Source: Ruditapes philippinarum (taxonomy: Eukaryota). Taken from it: DNA of 64,000 bases. Below are positions 24,926-38,827 of the stretch, in pieces. Position 1 is the stretch's first letter, and every line of letters begins with the position of its first letter. The notes under the pieces are model-generated. The model saw nothing but the letters and a program-made list of their open reading frames with translations, searched no databases and had not been told where the DNA came from. The DNA lies in assembly GCF_026571515.1 (NCBI RefSeq), contig NW_026858566.1:1-64000 (forward strand), in the 5' to 3' direction. Position numbers and translations under genes: made by a program.

Positions 24926-27900
24926 TAAATATTAAATGATTAATATGGGTATAAGGAGGCTGTTGCACAATAAACATTTCTGCAAATATGATTAAGATAT
25001 ATAATAAAATTAGAAACCGAATATATATCTTTGAGTTTTATACTTGAATTATTAATGGTTCTGATGATACATAGTAAATGCTTAAAAAGTAGAGTAATTA
25101 AATAACAATAATAAAGTTAGAACTGTGCTGGTATATTAAATTGCAGGTTAGATGCATACCTACTGTAATTCCATTATATTATTCGAGATGTAAATTTGAC
25201 AACATAGCAAATAGCTATTATAGATTTTTATGTCTTATTTTTTATTATTATTTTTATTCACACATGAAGTATGTTCCGTGTAATATGGAAACAATCATAG
25301 ATTACAAAAAGTAAGTGTTAAACGATTTTTAATTTTTATGTTTTGCTTTTTTTAGAAATAACGAATATAAAAGTTTATTTCAGGATTTATGTGATTGTTT
25401 ATGCAAAGTTATCAATATAAAAGTTTACATTTTAATGCCAAGTTTAAATGTCAAACTAGTTTTCATAATATATCATTTATTTTTAATGTAACGTGAAATA
25501 TAGCATGTACATTTAGATATATAAATGCAGCACAATTTAAATTGAATTATCCGATGACATAAAGGAACAAGACAATTAATCTCCAGATACCTGACAAAAC
25601 AGGACAGAAGGCAACAATTAAAACCATTCAATTCCTCAAGTTTTTTTCTATTGAACCAAATTTTAACAAAAATGTTATTAAAACAATAATATTAATATCA
25701 TCAAATCTCAGAGTTTACTATGTTTCAAGATCTGTGAAAGATTAATCTTCGTTGCGATTTTGTGACACAAAATGATAATGGACAATAATTTGACAATATT
25801 CTATACCAAAATATGCGTTAAATGATAATTTGGACATTCGAACGGTTAGCTTTATCCTATATTGTTTGCAAGGTATGTGCATGCATGATATGGCTGACAT
25901 GTACTTTGATCCGCCCTCCATAAGGATTGCTGGTAGAAATGATCATTTATGATTTTATATTGAAGGATATACTTTGGGAAGTATCACAGATTTGATATCT
26001 TTCATCTTATCTATTCGTCGTGTTTTCACTAGCCAAAGAGAAGAAAAGACGTCAAGCAGCAAATTTTTAGCTAAATTGTTTTACCGCAAATATATTAAAA
26101 TAACGTTCGTAATAAAAGTTTGGCAAATAGATTTAATTATCACTGTAAATACAATGATATTAGATATGGTTATAGTGGTTATAATAATTTCAACAAAATG
26201 TTTTTTTTACCGGGATTCATTGATCCTAATATTTTTTTGTCTGGGCTAGGGCTTATGAAATCTTGCCAAATGAATAGACTGATCAAACCGAGATGCAATT
26301 GCCACTTTTGAACTCGGTTTCCACCGCTCTCAAGGGATTATTCCTTTATTAGCTCTAACAACACCTTTAATTAAGAAAGGCAACATTTAAAATATTGATT
26401 CGTAAGACAAAATTTGAAATGACAGGCCATTACTAATTTTATATTTAATTCGAAGGAAGTTTGTCCGATAGAATCAAAAGAGCCGCTGAAGATGTACGTC
26501 AATTGGTTAAAATGATAAGGTTTATAACCAGACACGTCCGGAGAGATGTATCTCGTTGTAAATCATCCATAATATTTTTATGCGATCACATCTTTCTGTA
26601 TGAATTATATGGAAAAAGGATTTAACAAAAGATATTGAACATCAAAATAACTTTTCCATTAAATGCTAAAAGAAATTTAAGTTTCCTATTCTTTTCATAA
26701 GCAACGATTAAATATAGATGCAAAAATAAATTGATTATAAGAAAATAATTTTGGTCTTCAGCTTTGTCCACACAACCTTCTGAAGGCTTTTTTATTTTTA
26801 ATTTGGTATTTCTAAATAAATGTGATATATACGTACTGTATATTGATAGTTTGTTTGATTTGGTTTGGTTTTACGGCCCCCCAGTACCCCGTAACAACAC
26901 AATTTAGGATGTTTATTTATATAAAACATTCTAGAATAATATTAAACACAAGACATTTCTAGACGGGAGAAGATATTTAGACCATGTATGGATTTAAATT
27001 TATTACACTTCAACTTAAGGTGAAATGCAGTAACAATTTAACACCTCTTGCAGAACTTTAAATTAACAAGTTTTCTGTCAGTTTTTATATAATAACATTA
27101 TTTCATAAATTATCTGTTTCAGATTTCTGATTTTGAATAGCATGGTGAGACAATACAGAACCGTCGAAGTTATAATACAACGTTTAAAACAAGACTATTG
27201 GTAGAATAAGATTCTTTCCGAAACTTAAATTTATTTGAAACTATTGTGGAATAAATGCATTGTATGAATGTTTATGCTAAATCAATACAAATAAATAAAA
27301 ATAATAAATTCTTTATCCAGTACATAATACATCAAGAATATTATAAAGCTGAGATGATATCAAAACTCGAATCAATCCAGGTTTAAAAAAATGTTACCAG
27401 GAAAATGTAAGCGGAAGAATGACATAAGTATGTTAATATTCAAGATAAACATGTATTGTCAAAAGAGATAGTTTTGTTGAAATTTAAAAAAGAATAAATG
27501 AAATGTGCTTTATCAGATTATATCTTTTATAAACGTTGTTCTTGTAATGTTGACTCCCATTGTACATATTTTAACATTTGAACATTACTTTTACGCCTCG
27601 TTATGGCTATACAAGGAATCCATCATTCGTTAGAAAGAGCACAAAGTGCCAATTATTTTAATTGCATTCTTTTTTCTCTGACCTTTCAATATTTGTCAAT
27701 CGATCGTATTTGTAATGTCTGTTTCATTTCAAGTTGAAAGAAAAAACTACGAAAATGCTGTGTTTATCAATATGAACAACTTGGTAAAAACAAATATTTT
27801 CTCAATAGAAGTTACATTATATTATATTATATATATATATATAGTTATATTTTATTAAGAGCTGCTCAAGATAATGAATGTTCATGAAATCATTTTGGCA

Positions 27901-30900
27901 TTATTATACTTGTATAAATATGGGCATAAATTTGTTTGTTTGGTGCTATGTTTTCTTAAAATAATAGATTTTTGTATTTTTGGTTGTTTCATAATGTCAA
28001 AGTGTGTATGTTTTTTCAACAATAAAATCGTTCAAGACCACTGAACAGTTTTCCAGAATATTAGAAAGAAAACTTTACATCTGACAAAAATCATTACGAA
28101 GTTTTGTAGGACCAATTGCAAGTTTATGCTAAGATGTGCTATATTCCATTAAAATCAGGAAGGAATTAACTAATGGCAACTTGTTTTCATATCCGAATAG
28201 AGGCAAAAAAGCTGGTTATGATACTTTAGAAATGGCGTAATTATCACGTGTTTGCCACATTGGCGCATGCTATAGATTGACAAAAAAAATGTATATCAAA
28301 ATAAAATATATACAATGTATAGTCAATAAGTTATTCAGTTTAATTAACTAACAAATAACTATGTAAAAACAAGACGGGCTGTGGCTGCAAATTATATATC
28401 TGGGCTGACAATCGATTAGACATGAAAATATATGTCATGGAAAGGTAGCGCAAGTCGAAACAATAAGAAATAGATGTAACTTAAGTCGTAAAGTCATTGC
28501 CTGAAAACTCATTCGTGCTTCAGCTCTTTTAGGACAAAAATTGGTTCTTGTTGCTGGGTCATATGGGGGTTGCGTTCATTGAACGCCGCCTTTCCTTGTT
28601 GATCTTGTTTATCATATTTTATTGATATAACTTTCTAATTATTTCATCGGTTACAGACATTATTTCAACAGAATCAAGAAATATCAGAACTATCTCTATT
28701 CTGAAAGTAACTTTATAAGTGTGCTATAATTTGAACTACTTGTTTAAAGTCATTTTCGTGTATAGATGTAGAAATACATTCAGTAATTTTTAAAGACTTA
28801 GATGCAAAAGGCAAAATCCATGTTAGTTTGGAGCAACTTTTCAAAAATGTAATTTATTCTTTTAATTAATATAATTAGTTTCTCTTTAATGTATTACTGT
28901 CAGTTATACAATGAAAATGAAGTGTTTAAATGAATGACACTGATTTATATTTTCTCATTTAATTACAGGAAATACTTTATATTTGCATTATTACAACTCT
29001 TAAAATAGCTTATTAACTCATTTGTAAGAGCTATGATTCAGGAAGTATTGCCGATTTTTCTGATATAAAAGCTTGTGTGTAATTTGGCAGCCATTGAAAT
29101 GAATGATCATGAAAATAGTTAGAGGAAATAACGACATGAACAGATAGCAAGACATATAATTGAACGGAGTATTCGTTACAGTCATTATTCCAACTTCAAG
29201 AAACAAATTAAGGGTCAATGAGTAAATAGCTTTTTCACAATATCTAGCCAGTAAGCAAACTTATTATAATTATTACAAAATTATTATCATGATTGTTGTG
29301 CCCTTAAAATGATTATAATAATAATGACTGTTATAATTATTTCAGGGATATGTTCTCATTTATGTACATTTGTAAAAAATATCCCATTATTTTGTCTTAA
29401 AAAACAAGCAAGGATAACTTGAAACACTGATTTTCAAGAGGAAATATGAAATGACAGGTATTGTCAATTGTAGGTTTTAATCAAAGGAAGTATGTCTGAT
29501 AAATGAGGCCGTATAGATGTGTGTCAACTGGTAGAATAGAAAACAATGCTTCGTCCGGAATATCTTCTAGAGGAAGAAATTATTTATGTTCTCTTAATTT
29601 GATTACACTTTTCTGTGTAGCATCATGACATTTAATCAGTTTTTTGGGATTGGTCGGAAGGAAGAAAAACATCATGCTTTCAAATAAGTAGCAAAAGGTA
29701 ACCAAAGTAGTATGTTTACTCCGATACTAAATACTAAATCACTTTATCGTGCTAATTGCAAGAAAGCAACAGAAGCAGCAAAAGATGGTCCAGACAATTG
29801 GCCAATGTGTAGTTTTTAGAAACCGTAACAGGACACACACAAGAATGGTTTTTGAGAAAATTCAATTAACAGCATTTATAAGGCATAAAAGACCTTTAAA
29901 TGCACATTATCCTTCAGAAATGAATATTTTTACCACCTTTAAAAAAAAAATAAATATTAAATGATTAATATGGGTATAAGGAGGCTGTTGCACAATAAAC
30001 ATTTCTGCAAATATGATTAAGATATATAATAAAATTAGAAACCGAATATATATCTTTGAGTTTTATACTTGAATTATTAATGGTTCTGATGATACATAGT
30101 AAATGCTTAAAAAGTAGAGTAATTAAATAACAATAATAAAGTTAGAACTGTGCTGGTATATTAAATTGCAGGTTAGATGCATACCTATGTAATTCCATAT
30201 ATTATTCGAGATGTAATTTGACAACATAGCAAATAGCTATTATAGATTTTTATGTCTTATTTTTTTATTATTATTTTTATTCACACATGAAGTATGTTCC
30301 GTGTAATATGGAAACAATCATAGATTACAAAAAGTAAGTGTTAAACGATTTTAATTTTTATGTTTTGCTTTTTTAGAATAACGAATATAAAAGTTTATTT
30401 CAGGATTTATGTGATTGTTTATGCAAGTTATCAATATAAAGTTTACATTTTAATGCCAAGTTAAAATGTCAAACTAGTTTTCATAATATATCATTTATTT
30501 TTAATGTAACGTGAAATATAGCATGTACATTTAGATATATAAATGCAGCACAATTTAAATTGAATTATCCGATGACATAAAGGAACAAGACAATAATCTC
30601 CAGATACCTGACAAAACAGGACAGAAGGCAACAATTAAAACCATTCAATTCCTCAAGTTTTTTTCTATTGAACCAAATTTTAACAAAATGTTATTAAAAC
30701 AATAATATTAATATCATCAAATCTCAGAGTTTACAATGTTTCAAGATATGTAAAAGACTTATCATCGTTGCGATTTTGTGAAACAAAATAATAATCGGCA
30801 ATAATTTGACAATTTTCTATATCAAAATATGCGTTACATAATATGGACATTTGAACCGTTAGTTTTATCCTACATTGTTTGCAAGGTATGTGCATGAATG

Positions 30901-33900
30901 ATATGGCTGACATGTACTTTGATCCGCCCTCCATAAGGATTGCTGGTAGAAATGATCATTTATGATTTTATATTGAAGGATATACTTTGGGAAGTATCAC
31001 AGATTTGATATCTTTCATCTTATCTATTCGTCGTGTTTTCACTAGCAAAGAGAAGAAAAGACGTCAAGCAGCAAATTTTTAGCTAAATTGTTTTACCGCA
31101 AATATATTAAAATAACGTTCGTAATAAAGTTTGGAAATAAGATTTAATTATCACTGTAAATGACAATGATATTAGATATGGTTATAGTGGTTATAATAAT
31201 TTCAACAAAATGTTTTTTTTACCGGGATCATTGATCCTAATATTTTTTTGTCTGGGCTAGGGGCTTATGAAATCTTGCCAAATGAATAGACTGAATCAAA
31301 CCGAGATGCAATTGCCACTTTTGAACTCGGTTTCCACCGCTCTCGAGGGATTATTCCTTTATTAGCTCTAACAACACCTTTAATTAAGAAAAGGCAACAT
31401 AAAATATTGATTCGTAAGACAAAATTTGAAATGACAGGCATTACTAATTTTATATTTAATTCGAAGGAAGTTTGTCCGATAGAATCAAAAGAGCCGCTGA
31501 AGATGTACGTCAATTGGTAAAATGATAAGGTTTATAACCAGACACGTCCGGAGAGATGTATCTCGTTGTAAATCATCCATAATATTTTTATGCGATCACA
31601 TCTTTCTGTATGAATTATATGGAAAAAGGATTTAACAAAAGATATTGAACATCAAAATAACTTTTCCATTAAATGCTAAGAAATTTAAGTTTCCTATTCT
31701 TTTCATAAGCAACGATTAAATATAGATGCAAAAATAAATTGATTATAAGAAAATAATTTTGGTCTTCAGCTTTGTCCACACAACCTTCTGAAGGCTTTGT
31801 TATTTTTAATTTGGTATTTCTAAATAAATGTGATATATACGTACTGTATATTGATAGTTTGTTTGATTTGGTTTGGTTTTACGGCGTAACAACACAATTT
31901 AGGATGTTTATTTATATAAAACATTCTAGAATAATATTAAACACAAGACATTTCTAGACGGGAGAAGATATTTAGACCATGTATGGATTTAAATTTATTA
32001 CACTTCAACTTTAAGGTGAAATGCAGTAACAATTAACACCTCTTGCAGAACTTTAAATTAACAAGTTTTCTGTCATTTTTATATAATAACATTATTCATA
32101 AATTATCTGTTTCAGATTTCTGATTTTGAATAGCATGGTGAGACAATACAGAACCGTCGAAGTATAATACAACGTTTAAAACAAGACTATTGGTAGAATA
32201 AGATTCTTTCCGAAACTTAAATTTATTTGAAACTATTGTGGAATAAATGCATTGTATGAATGTTTATGCTAAATCAATACAAATAAATAAAAATAATAAT
32301 TCTTTATCCAGTACATAATACATCAAGAATATTATAAAGCTGAGATGATATCAAAACTCGAATCAATCCAGGTTTAAAAAATGTTACCAGGAAAATGTAA
32401 GCGGAAGAATGACATAAGTATGTTAATATTCAAGATAAACATGTATTGTCAAAAGAGATAGTTTTGTTGAAATTTAAAAAAGAATAATGAAATTGCTTTA
32501 TCAGATTATATCTTTTATAACCGTTGTTCTTGTAATGTTGACTCCCATTGTACATATTTTAACATTTGAACATTACTTTTACGCCTCGTTATGGCTATAC
32601 AAGGAATCCATCATTCGTTAGAAAGAGCACAAAGTGCCAATTATTTTAATTGCATTCTTTTTTCTCTGACCTTTCAATATTTGTCAATCGATCGTATTTG
32701 TAATGTCTGTTTCATTTCAAGTTGAAAGAAAAAACTACGAAAATGCTGTGTTTATCAATATGAACAACTTGGTAAAAACAAATATTTTCTCAATAGAAGT
32801 TACATGTAAAACATATATTTTATTAAGAGCTGCTCAAGATAATGAATGTTCATGAAATCATTTTGGCATTATTATACTTGTATAAATATGGGCATAAATT
32901 TGTTTGTTTGGTGCTATGTTTTCTTTAAGTAATAGATTTTGTATTTTTGGTTGTTTCATAATGTCAAAGTGTGTATGTTTTGTCAACAATAAAATCGTTC
33001 AAGACCACTGAACAGTTTTCCAGAATATTAGAAAGAAAACTTAACATCTGACAAAAATCATTACGAAGTTTTGTAGGACTAATTGCAAGTTTATGCTAAG
33101 ATGCGCTGTATTCCATTAAAATCAGGAAAGGAATTAACTAATGGCAACTTGTTTTCATATCCAAATAGAGGCTAAAAAGCTGGTTATGATACTTTAGAAA
33201 TGGCGTAATTTATCACGTGTTTGCCACATTGACGCATGCTATAGATTGACAAAAAAGTATATCAAAATAAAATATATACAATGTACAGTCAATAAGTTAA
33301 TCCGTTTAATTAACTAACAAATAACTATGTAAAACAAGACGGGCTGTGGCTGCAAATTATATATTATGGGCTGACAATCGATAAGACATGAAAATACATG
33401 TCATGGAAAGCTAGCGCAAGTCGAAACAATAAGAAAAAGATGTAACTAAAGTCGTAAAGTCATTACGTGAAAACTCATTCGTGCTTCAGCTTTCAGGGGT
33501 TGTCTTTAAGGACAAAAATAAGACTTATTGATATAACTTTCTAATTATTTCTCGGTTATAGACATTATTTCAACAGAATCAAGAAATATCAGAACTATCT
33601 CTTTTTTGAAAGTTTTTTCATCAGTGTGCCATAATTTGAACTACTTGTTTAAAGTCATTTTCGTGTATAGATATAGAAATACATTCAGTAATTTTTAAAG
33701 ACTTAGATGCAAAAGGCAAAATCCATGTTAGTTTGGAGCAATGTTTCAAAAATGTAATTTATTCTTTCAATTGATATAATTAGTTTCTCTTGAATATATT
33801 ACTGTCAGTTATACAATGAAAATGTAGTGTTTAAATGAATGACACTGATTTATATTTTCTCATTTAATTACAGGAAATACTTTATATTTGCATTATTACA

Positions 33901-34850
33901 ACTCTTAAAATAGCTTAATAACTCATTTGTAAGAGCTATGAATCAGGAAGTATTGCCGATTTTTCTGATATAAAAGCTTGTGTGTAATTTGGCAGCCATT
34001 GAAATGAATGATCATGAAAATAGTGAGAGGAAATAACGACATGAACAGATAGCCAGACATATAATTGAACAGAGTATTCGTTACAGTCATTATTCCAACT
34101 TCAAGAAACAAATTAAGGGTCAATGAGTAAATAGCTTTATTACAATACCTAGCCAGTAAGCAAACTTATTATAATTATTACAAAATTATTATCATGATTG
34201 TGGTGCCCATAAAATGATTATAATAATAATGACTGTTATAATTATTTCAGGATTATGTTCTCATTTATGTACATTTGTAAAAAATATCCCATTATTTTGT
34301 CTTAAAACAAGCAAGGATAACTTGGAACACTGATTTTCAAGAGGAAATATGAAATGACAGGTATTGTCAATTTTAGGTTTTAATCAAAGGAAGTATGTCC
34401 GATGAATGAGGCCGTATAGATGTGTGTCAACTGGTATAATAGAAAACAATGCTTCGTCCGGAATATCTTCTAGAGGAAGAAGTTAATTATGTTCTCTTTA
34501 TTTGATTACACTTTTCTGTATAGTATCATGACATTTAATCAGTATTTTGGGATTGGTCGGAAGGAAGAAAAACATCATGCTTTCACATAAGTAGCAAAAG
34601 GTAAACAAAGTAGTATGTTTACTCCGATACAAAATACTAAATCACTTTATCGTGCTAATTGCAAGAAAGCAACAGAAGCAGCAAAAGATGGTCCAGGCAA
34701 TTGGCAAATGTGTAGTTTTTAGAAACCGTAACAGGACACACACAAGAAGGGTTTTTGAGAAAATTTAATAAACAGCATTTATAAGGCATAAAAGACCTTT
34801 AAATGCACATTATCCTTCAGAAATGAATATTTTTACCACCTTTAAAAAAA
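24926..34850 (+). repeat. Near-identical tandem duplication: unit 1 24926-29950, unit 2 29951-34850
   Basis: Both units start taaatattaaatgattaatatgggtataaggaggc and end ttttaccacctttaaaaaaa. Confidence 0.95.
30720..31620 (+). pseudogene. Best-preserved decayed ORF of the unknown family (duplicate at 25710-26600)
   Basis: Reads DNFLYQNMRYIIWTFEPLVLSYIVCKVCA*..MIIYDFILKDILWEVSQI..AKRRKDVKQQIFS.. then ..GIIPLLALTTPLIKKRQHKILIRKTKFEMTGITNFIFNSKEVCPIESKEPLKMYVNW*NDKVYNQTRP. Confidence 0.6.
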
Positions 34851-37800
34851 GGCAAACATGAGTTTATAACGTTCAAATAATGATTGAAAGCATGTTAGAT
34901 GCTCGTCCACTGTAGAAAGTAGCACTGAATGTGAAATTATTTGTCAGTTAATCATTATAATTGTACAAATTGCCAAAAAAGTAACAGAAGAAAAAGATGG
35001 TTAGACAATTGGCTAATGCGTATTTTTTTGGAAACTGTTACGGTTCATCAAAATATAAAAAAGCTTTTGAGGAATTAAATTAAAGCATTTATGTAGCCTA
35101 ATCGACCTTAAATTTGTATCATGAAAGTTTCATTTATAACTTTAAATTCAATCATCTTGATCTAAAACATCTTACAGAATTTCAAATTAATGAGCTTTCA
35201 TTTAATTCACATTAATACATTATTCATGCATAAGTAATGCAAGATGATTGGTATTGAACAGCAATATTGAGGCAGTACAGGAGTGTTCAAAGATCTTAGC
35301 TATTAAAAAAAACAATCGATTTTATAGAAATAAAACTCATTTTGTGCAAAGCTTTTGTTGAATTTTGTGATTTTGTTTGATAATACAAAGTGATGCACTT
35401 TATGCAATTTACAAGTAAATTGTAACAATTCTTTAATACATTTATGCTTAAAAAAGACATATATTTGTCAACCTGGTCTTTAAAATATTTCAAAGAATAA
35501 TGATATATGGAATTCGATTAAAAACAATGATGCAATAATACTACTAGATTGTGTGTTAAAACTGAAATTTACCTTCAAGAAATAAATTAAATATTCCAAG
35601 AGTCCTTCTGTTTTTACATTACTTGTAAGGCAAGCAAGGTTTAACACAAGCGTAACATGGCCGCGAGGAATAGTGTGCATTGCATTCCTTTAGAAAGGGC
35701 AAATAAAATGTTACCTTGTCGGATGTTAAGATGTGCTAGGTTTTGAAAGTTGAAGTTAAGAGGGAGTTGTTAGGACTCGGAAATTTTATTACGTCCGTTC
35801 TAATTTTCTACTCGTTTTTATTTTCTCTATTTTATACTGAAGCAGTGCGGGTACGCATAAATCATACCCAATAATTGTGCCACCACGAATTTCAGTTTTG
35901 TCAAGATAGTGCTAACATTTTTTGTATTGGTTTATCATAATGTTTTTGACATTAAATTAAAAACCCACATTAAACGGTATATTAACGTTTAATCCGCAAA
36001 GTGGCAAAAACAAAGCCCTAAATTTGATCATAAACATTAACCTTTAACGTTTAGACAATTCTGAAAGTTTAGCACTCAACCGCCATCTTGACAAAACCAT
36101 AAATATGTATATATAGTAGCAAAGTAAGTTTAATTTAGTGTGTAAAATGATTCTTTAGTTTATTGTTTTATTCTACTTTTTATTCTAATATATTCTATTA
36201 ATTAATTAATTTTGCTGTTGATTTTATTATATGACTGATTTCCTGTCAAGTCACATGACCCGTGATTAGTTAATGCAGCTTAATGTGAAAATTAACCTTG
36301 ACGTATTTTTCCGAGATAACATCTGTTCGAGTAAACGAAAAAGGTTTTCACTGTGTTCATATTTTCCGTTATATATACTAATATATAATTTTTACAAGTT
36401 CTATTTATATAACTTACATTTATAAGAGATTTAACATATTCAGATAACCCATTGGACTTTGTGTAAAAGGAGTTTTATATCTATTGTAAATGTTAAACAT
36501 CTAGCAAGCAGAAGTAAAATGCTTTGATCATGCATCGTCAACAAAGAACTGTGACTTAACTTACTCACAGTCATACGTACTGAGCAGTAAATGCCACAAA
36601 GTTAACGATAGTGATTAAACGATAGTGATATGGTACGGCTTTTTGAAAATAAAAGAATGGTTTGTATATATCCTATTTAAACGATGTAAAATACTGTAAT
36701 GTCACAAAGTAAGAATATCCAGCTATATTAACGTACATATGTCTGATAAGTGAGCATAAGATGGATGCGTGTCATATATTTACTTATTCATGAAAACGAT
36801 AAAATGAAGTGTAATTAAGATTAACTTCAACATTGGCTAGACGTTTCGTTTCTTTTAGTACATGACACGAAGGCTTACTAAATATTTGATAAGCAGATCA
36901 TATCATAGGCTATTTAAAGCGCTTTCATTTAGGAAAGAAAATACTTTCAAGAATCGCTACAGACAAAAAAAATAGCAGGTGTTTAAGTCCGCGATAACAT
37001 CTGCAATTAAGCTGAAATCATTATGAATTATTCAAAATTTTATTAACATGTCTCTCATGACATGTGGTTAATAATAGTAGGTCTAATGTTTCTCATTTAT
37101 GACCAAAGAAGCAGACACAGTATCACATAAAGTACAAATTTTACAGCTGCTTATATATGCTTTGTCTTTTAATTACAAAAATAGATATCAGATTCTATCG
37201 CTAATTTTAAGCAATTATTCATTTAGAAAAAAAAAATGTTATTTAAGTTAAAGGCCCCTCTAATATTGAATGTACAGTGTTTTCAGCTTGCATCTTACGG
37301 AGCTTTTTGAAACTATAAAGTTATTTATTAATAGTTTCAGAGAATACAAAATCAAATATATTTTAGAATACTTTAAGTGATATATCAATGATACTTCCCT
37401 ATAAGATCTTTATTGTTTGGTTTGTCACAATATACATTTCATCGATAACCGGGTCATGTGCCTTTTGAAATATTATACTAGTACTCCCTTATGTGCTAAT
37501 ACATGACATTTGGTACAAGTTCGCTTGACATAATGTTGTTAGTATGAGATAAATCTTATTTAAACGTATTTTTATGTAATAATTGTTCAGCAGTCCTGAG
37601 TATAACTAATTATAAATCTTCTGATAAGACAATTGTTTAAAATGATAATAAAACTTTAATTCCAGATATATCAAAATAGAAGGGTAAAGCTGAGATATAT
37701 ATATTTTTTTTACAATACAATTGCAATTATTTGTACCATGTCATCAATATCTAACTCGCCAACTTCTCCATGTTATAACAATTCCAAACAGCAATCGAAA

Positions 37801-38635
37801 ACATATGTCATTAGGCAAACTCACCTGATGTTTAAACTATCTCAAATTATTCGTATTTTTTATGTAATAATTCGCTCTCGTCTTAAAGGAAGTCATGTTT
37901 TGCAAAAAAACTAATTTGGCCTTTTAGTTACATATTGATGTAAATAGCGATTTCAGAAAAAAATCATACTTAATTGTGCCTATCCATGACGGCATGTGAT
38001 ATTTAACTTCTGACATCGAAAGAATGAACAAAGTTAGTCGACTTCGTTATCAAAAACGTAAAAATAGTTCCCAGGATACTTGAGAAAAACGAATTAAAGA
38101 ATCCATTGTCATGAGGCCAATTTTTCTATCGAAGGGCAACTTGAATCTTAAAGAAGAAACCAGACAAGTCCATCGAGGTCTATTATTGAAAATAGCAAGA
38201 TATTTTGAGTTCATGTAAAGAAAAAGGATTGATAACATGGGTCTTTCCATAAAGGCTTTGATAACAGTCTAATTGCTTAAAAACTTTAAAAGTCAACTGA
38301 CAGTCAACCTACAAGATGTATCGTTTGATAACCACTGCCTTTCCCGCTATCTTTGAGTGTCAAAATAAATTTAAAAACAAAGCAGAAACGCACAGGCTTA
38401 GAGGTGAACTCAACTATCTTAGGTCGTAGACGACAGTGCCTTGCAAAACAATTGCAAGTCATGACCAGACCCACAGACACTGTTGTTACTTTTTTATTTT
38501 TTTACTGTTTCAAGGAAAATTAAACGGTTCCATTATGAGAATACTCATGTTTTCAATGTTTATTCAAAATATTATACATTGAACAATAATGATTTTACAA
38601 TAATACGTTCATGATGCACTGCTAGATTTGCAATT

Positions 38636-38827
38636 ATCTAAAAGATAACTAAAAGGCAACTTATGTAAGGTTTATCAGAATGTTACGAGGCTTTAAAGAT
38701 AGGAATAGATTAAAGTTTGTGGAGATTTTCTATCTTAAAGATAACTAAAAGACAACTAATGTAAGGTTTATCAGAAGGTTACGAGGCTTAAAAGATAGGA
38801 ATAGATTAAAGTTTGTGGAGATTTTCT
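38636..38827 (+). repeat. Tandem duplication, 2 x 96 bp
   Basis: atct(a/t)aaagataactaaaag..aaagtttgtggagattttct repeated at 38636 and 38732. Confidence 0.9.
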
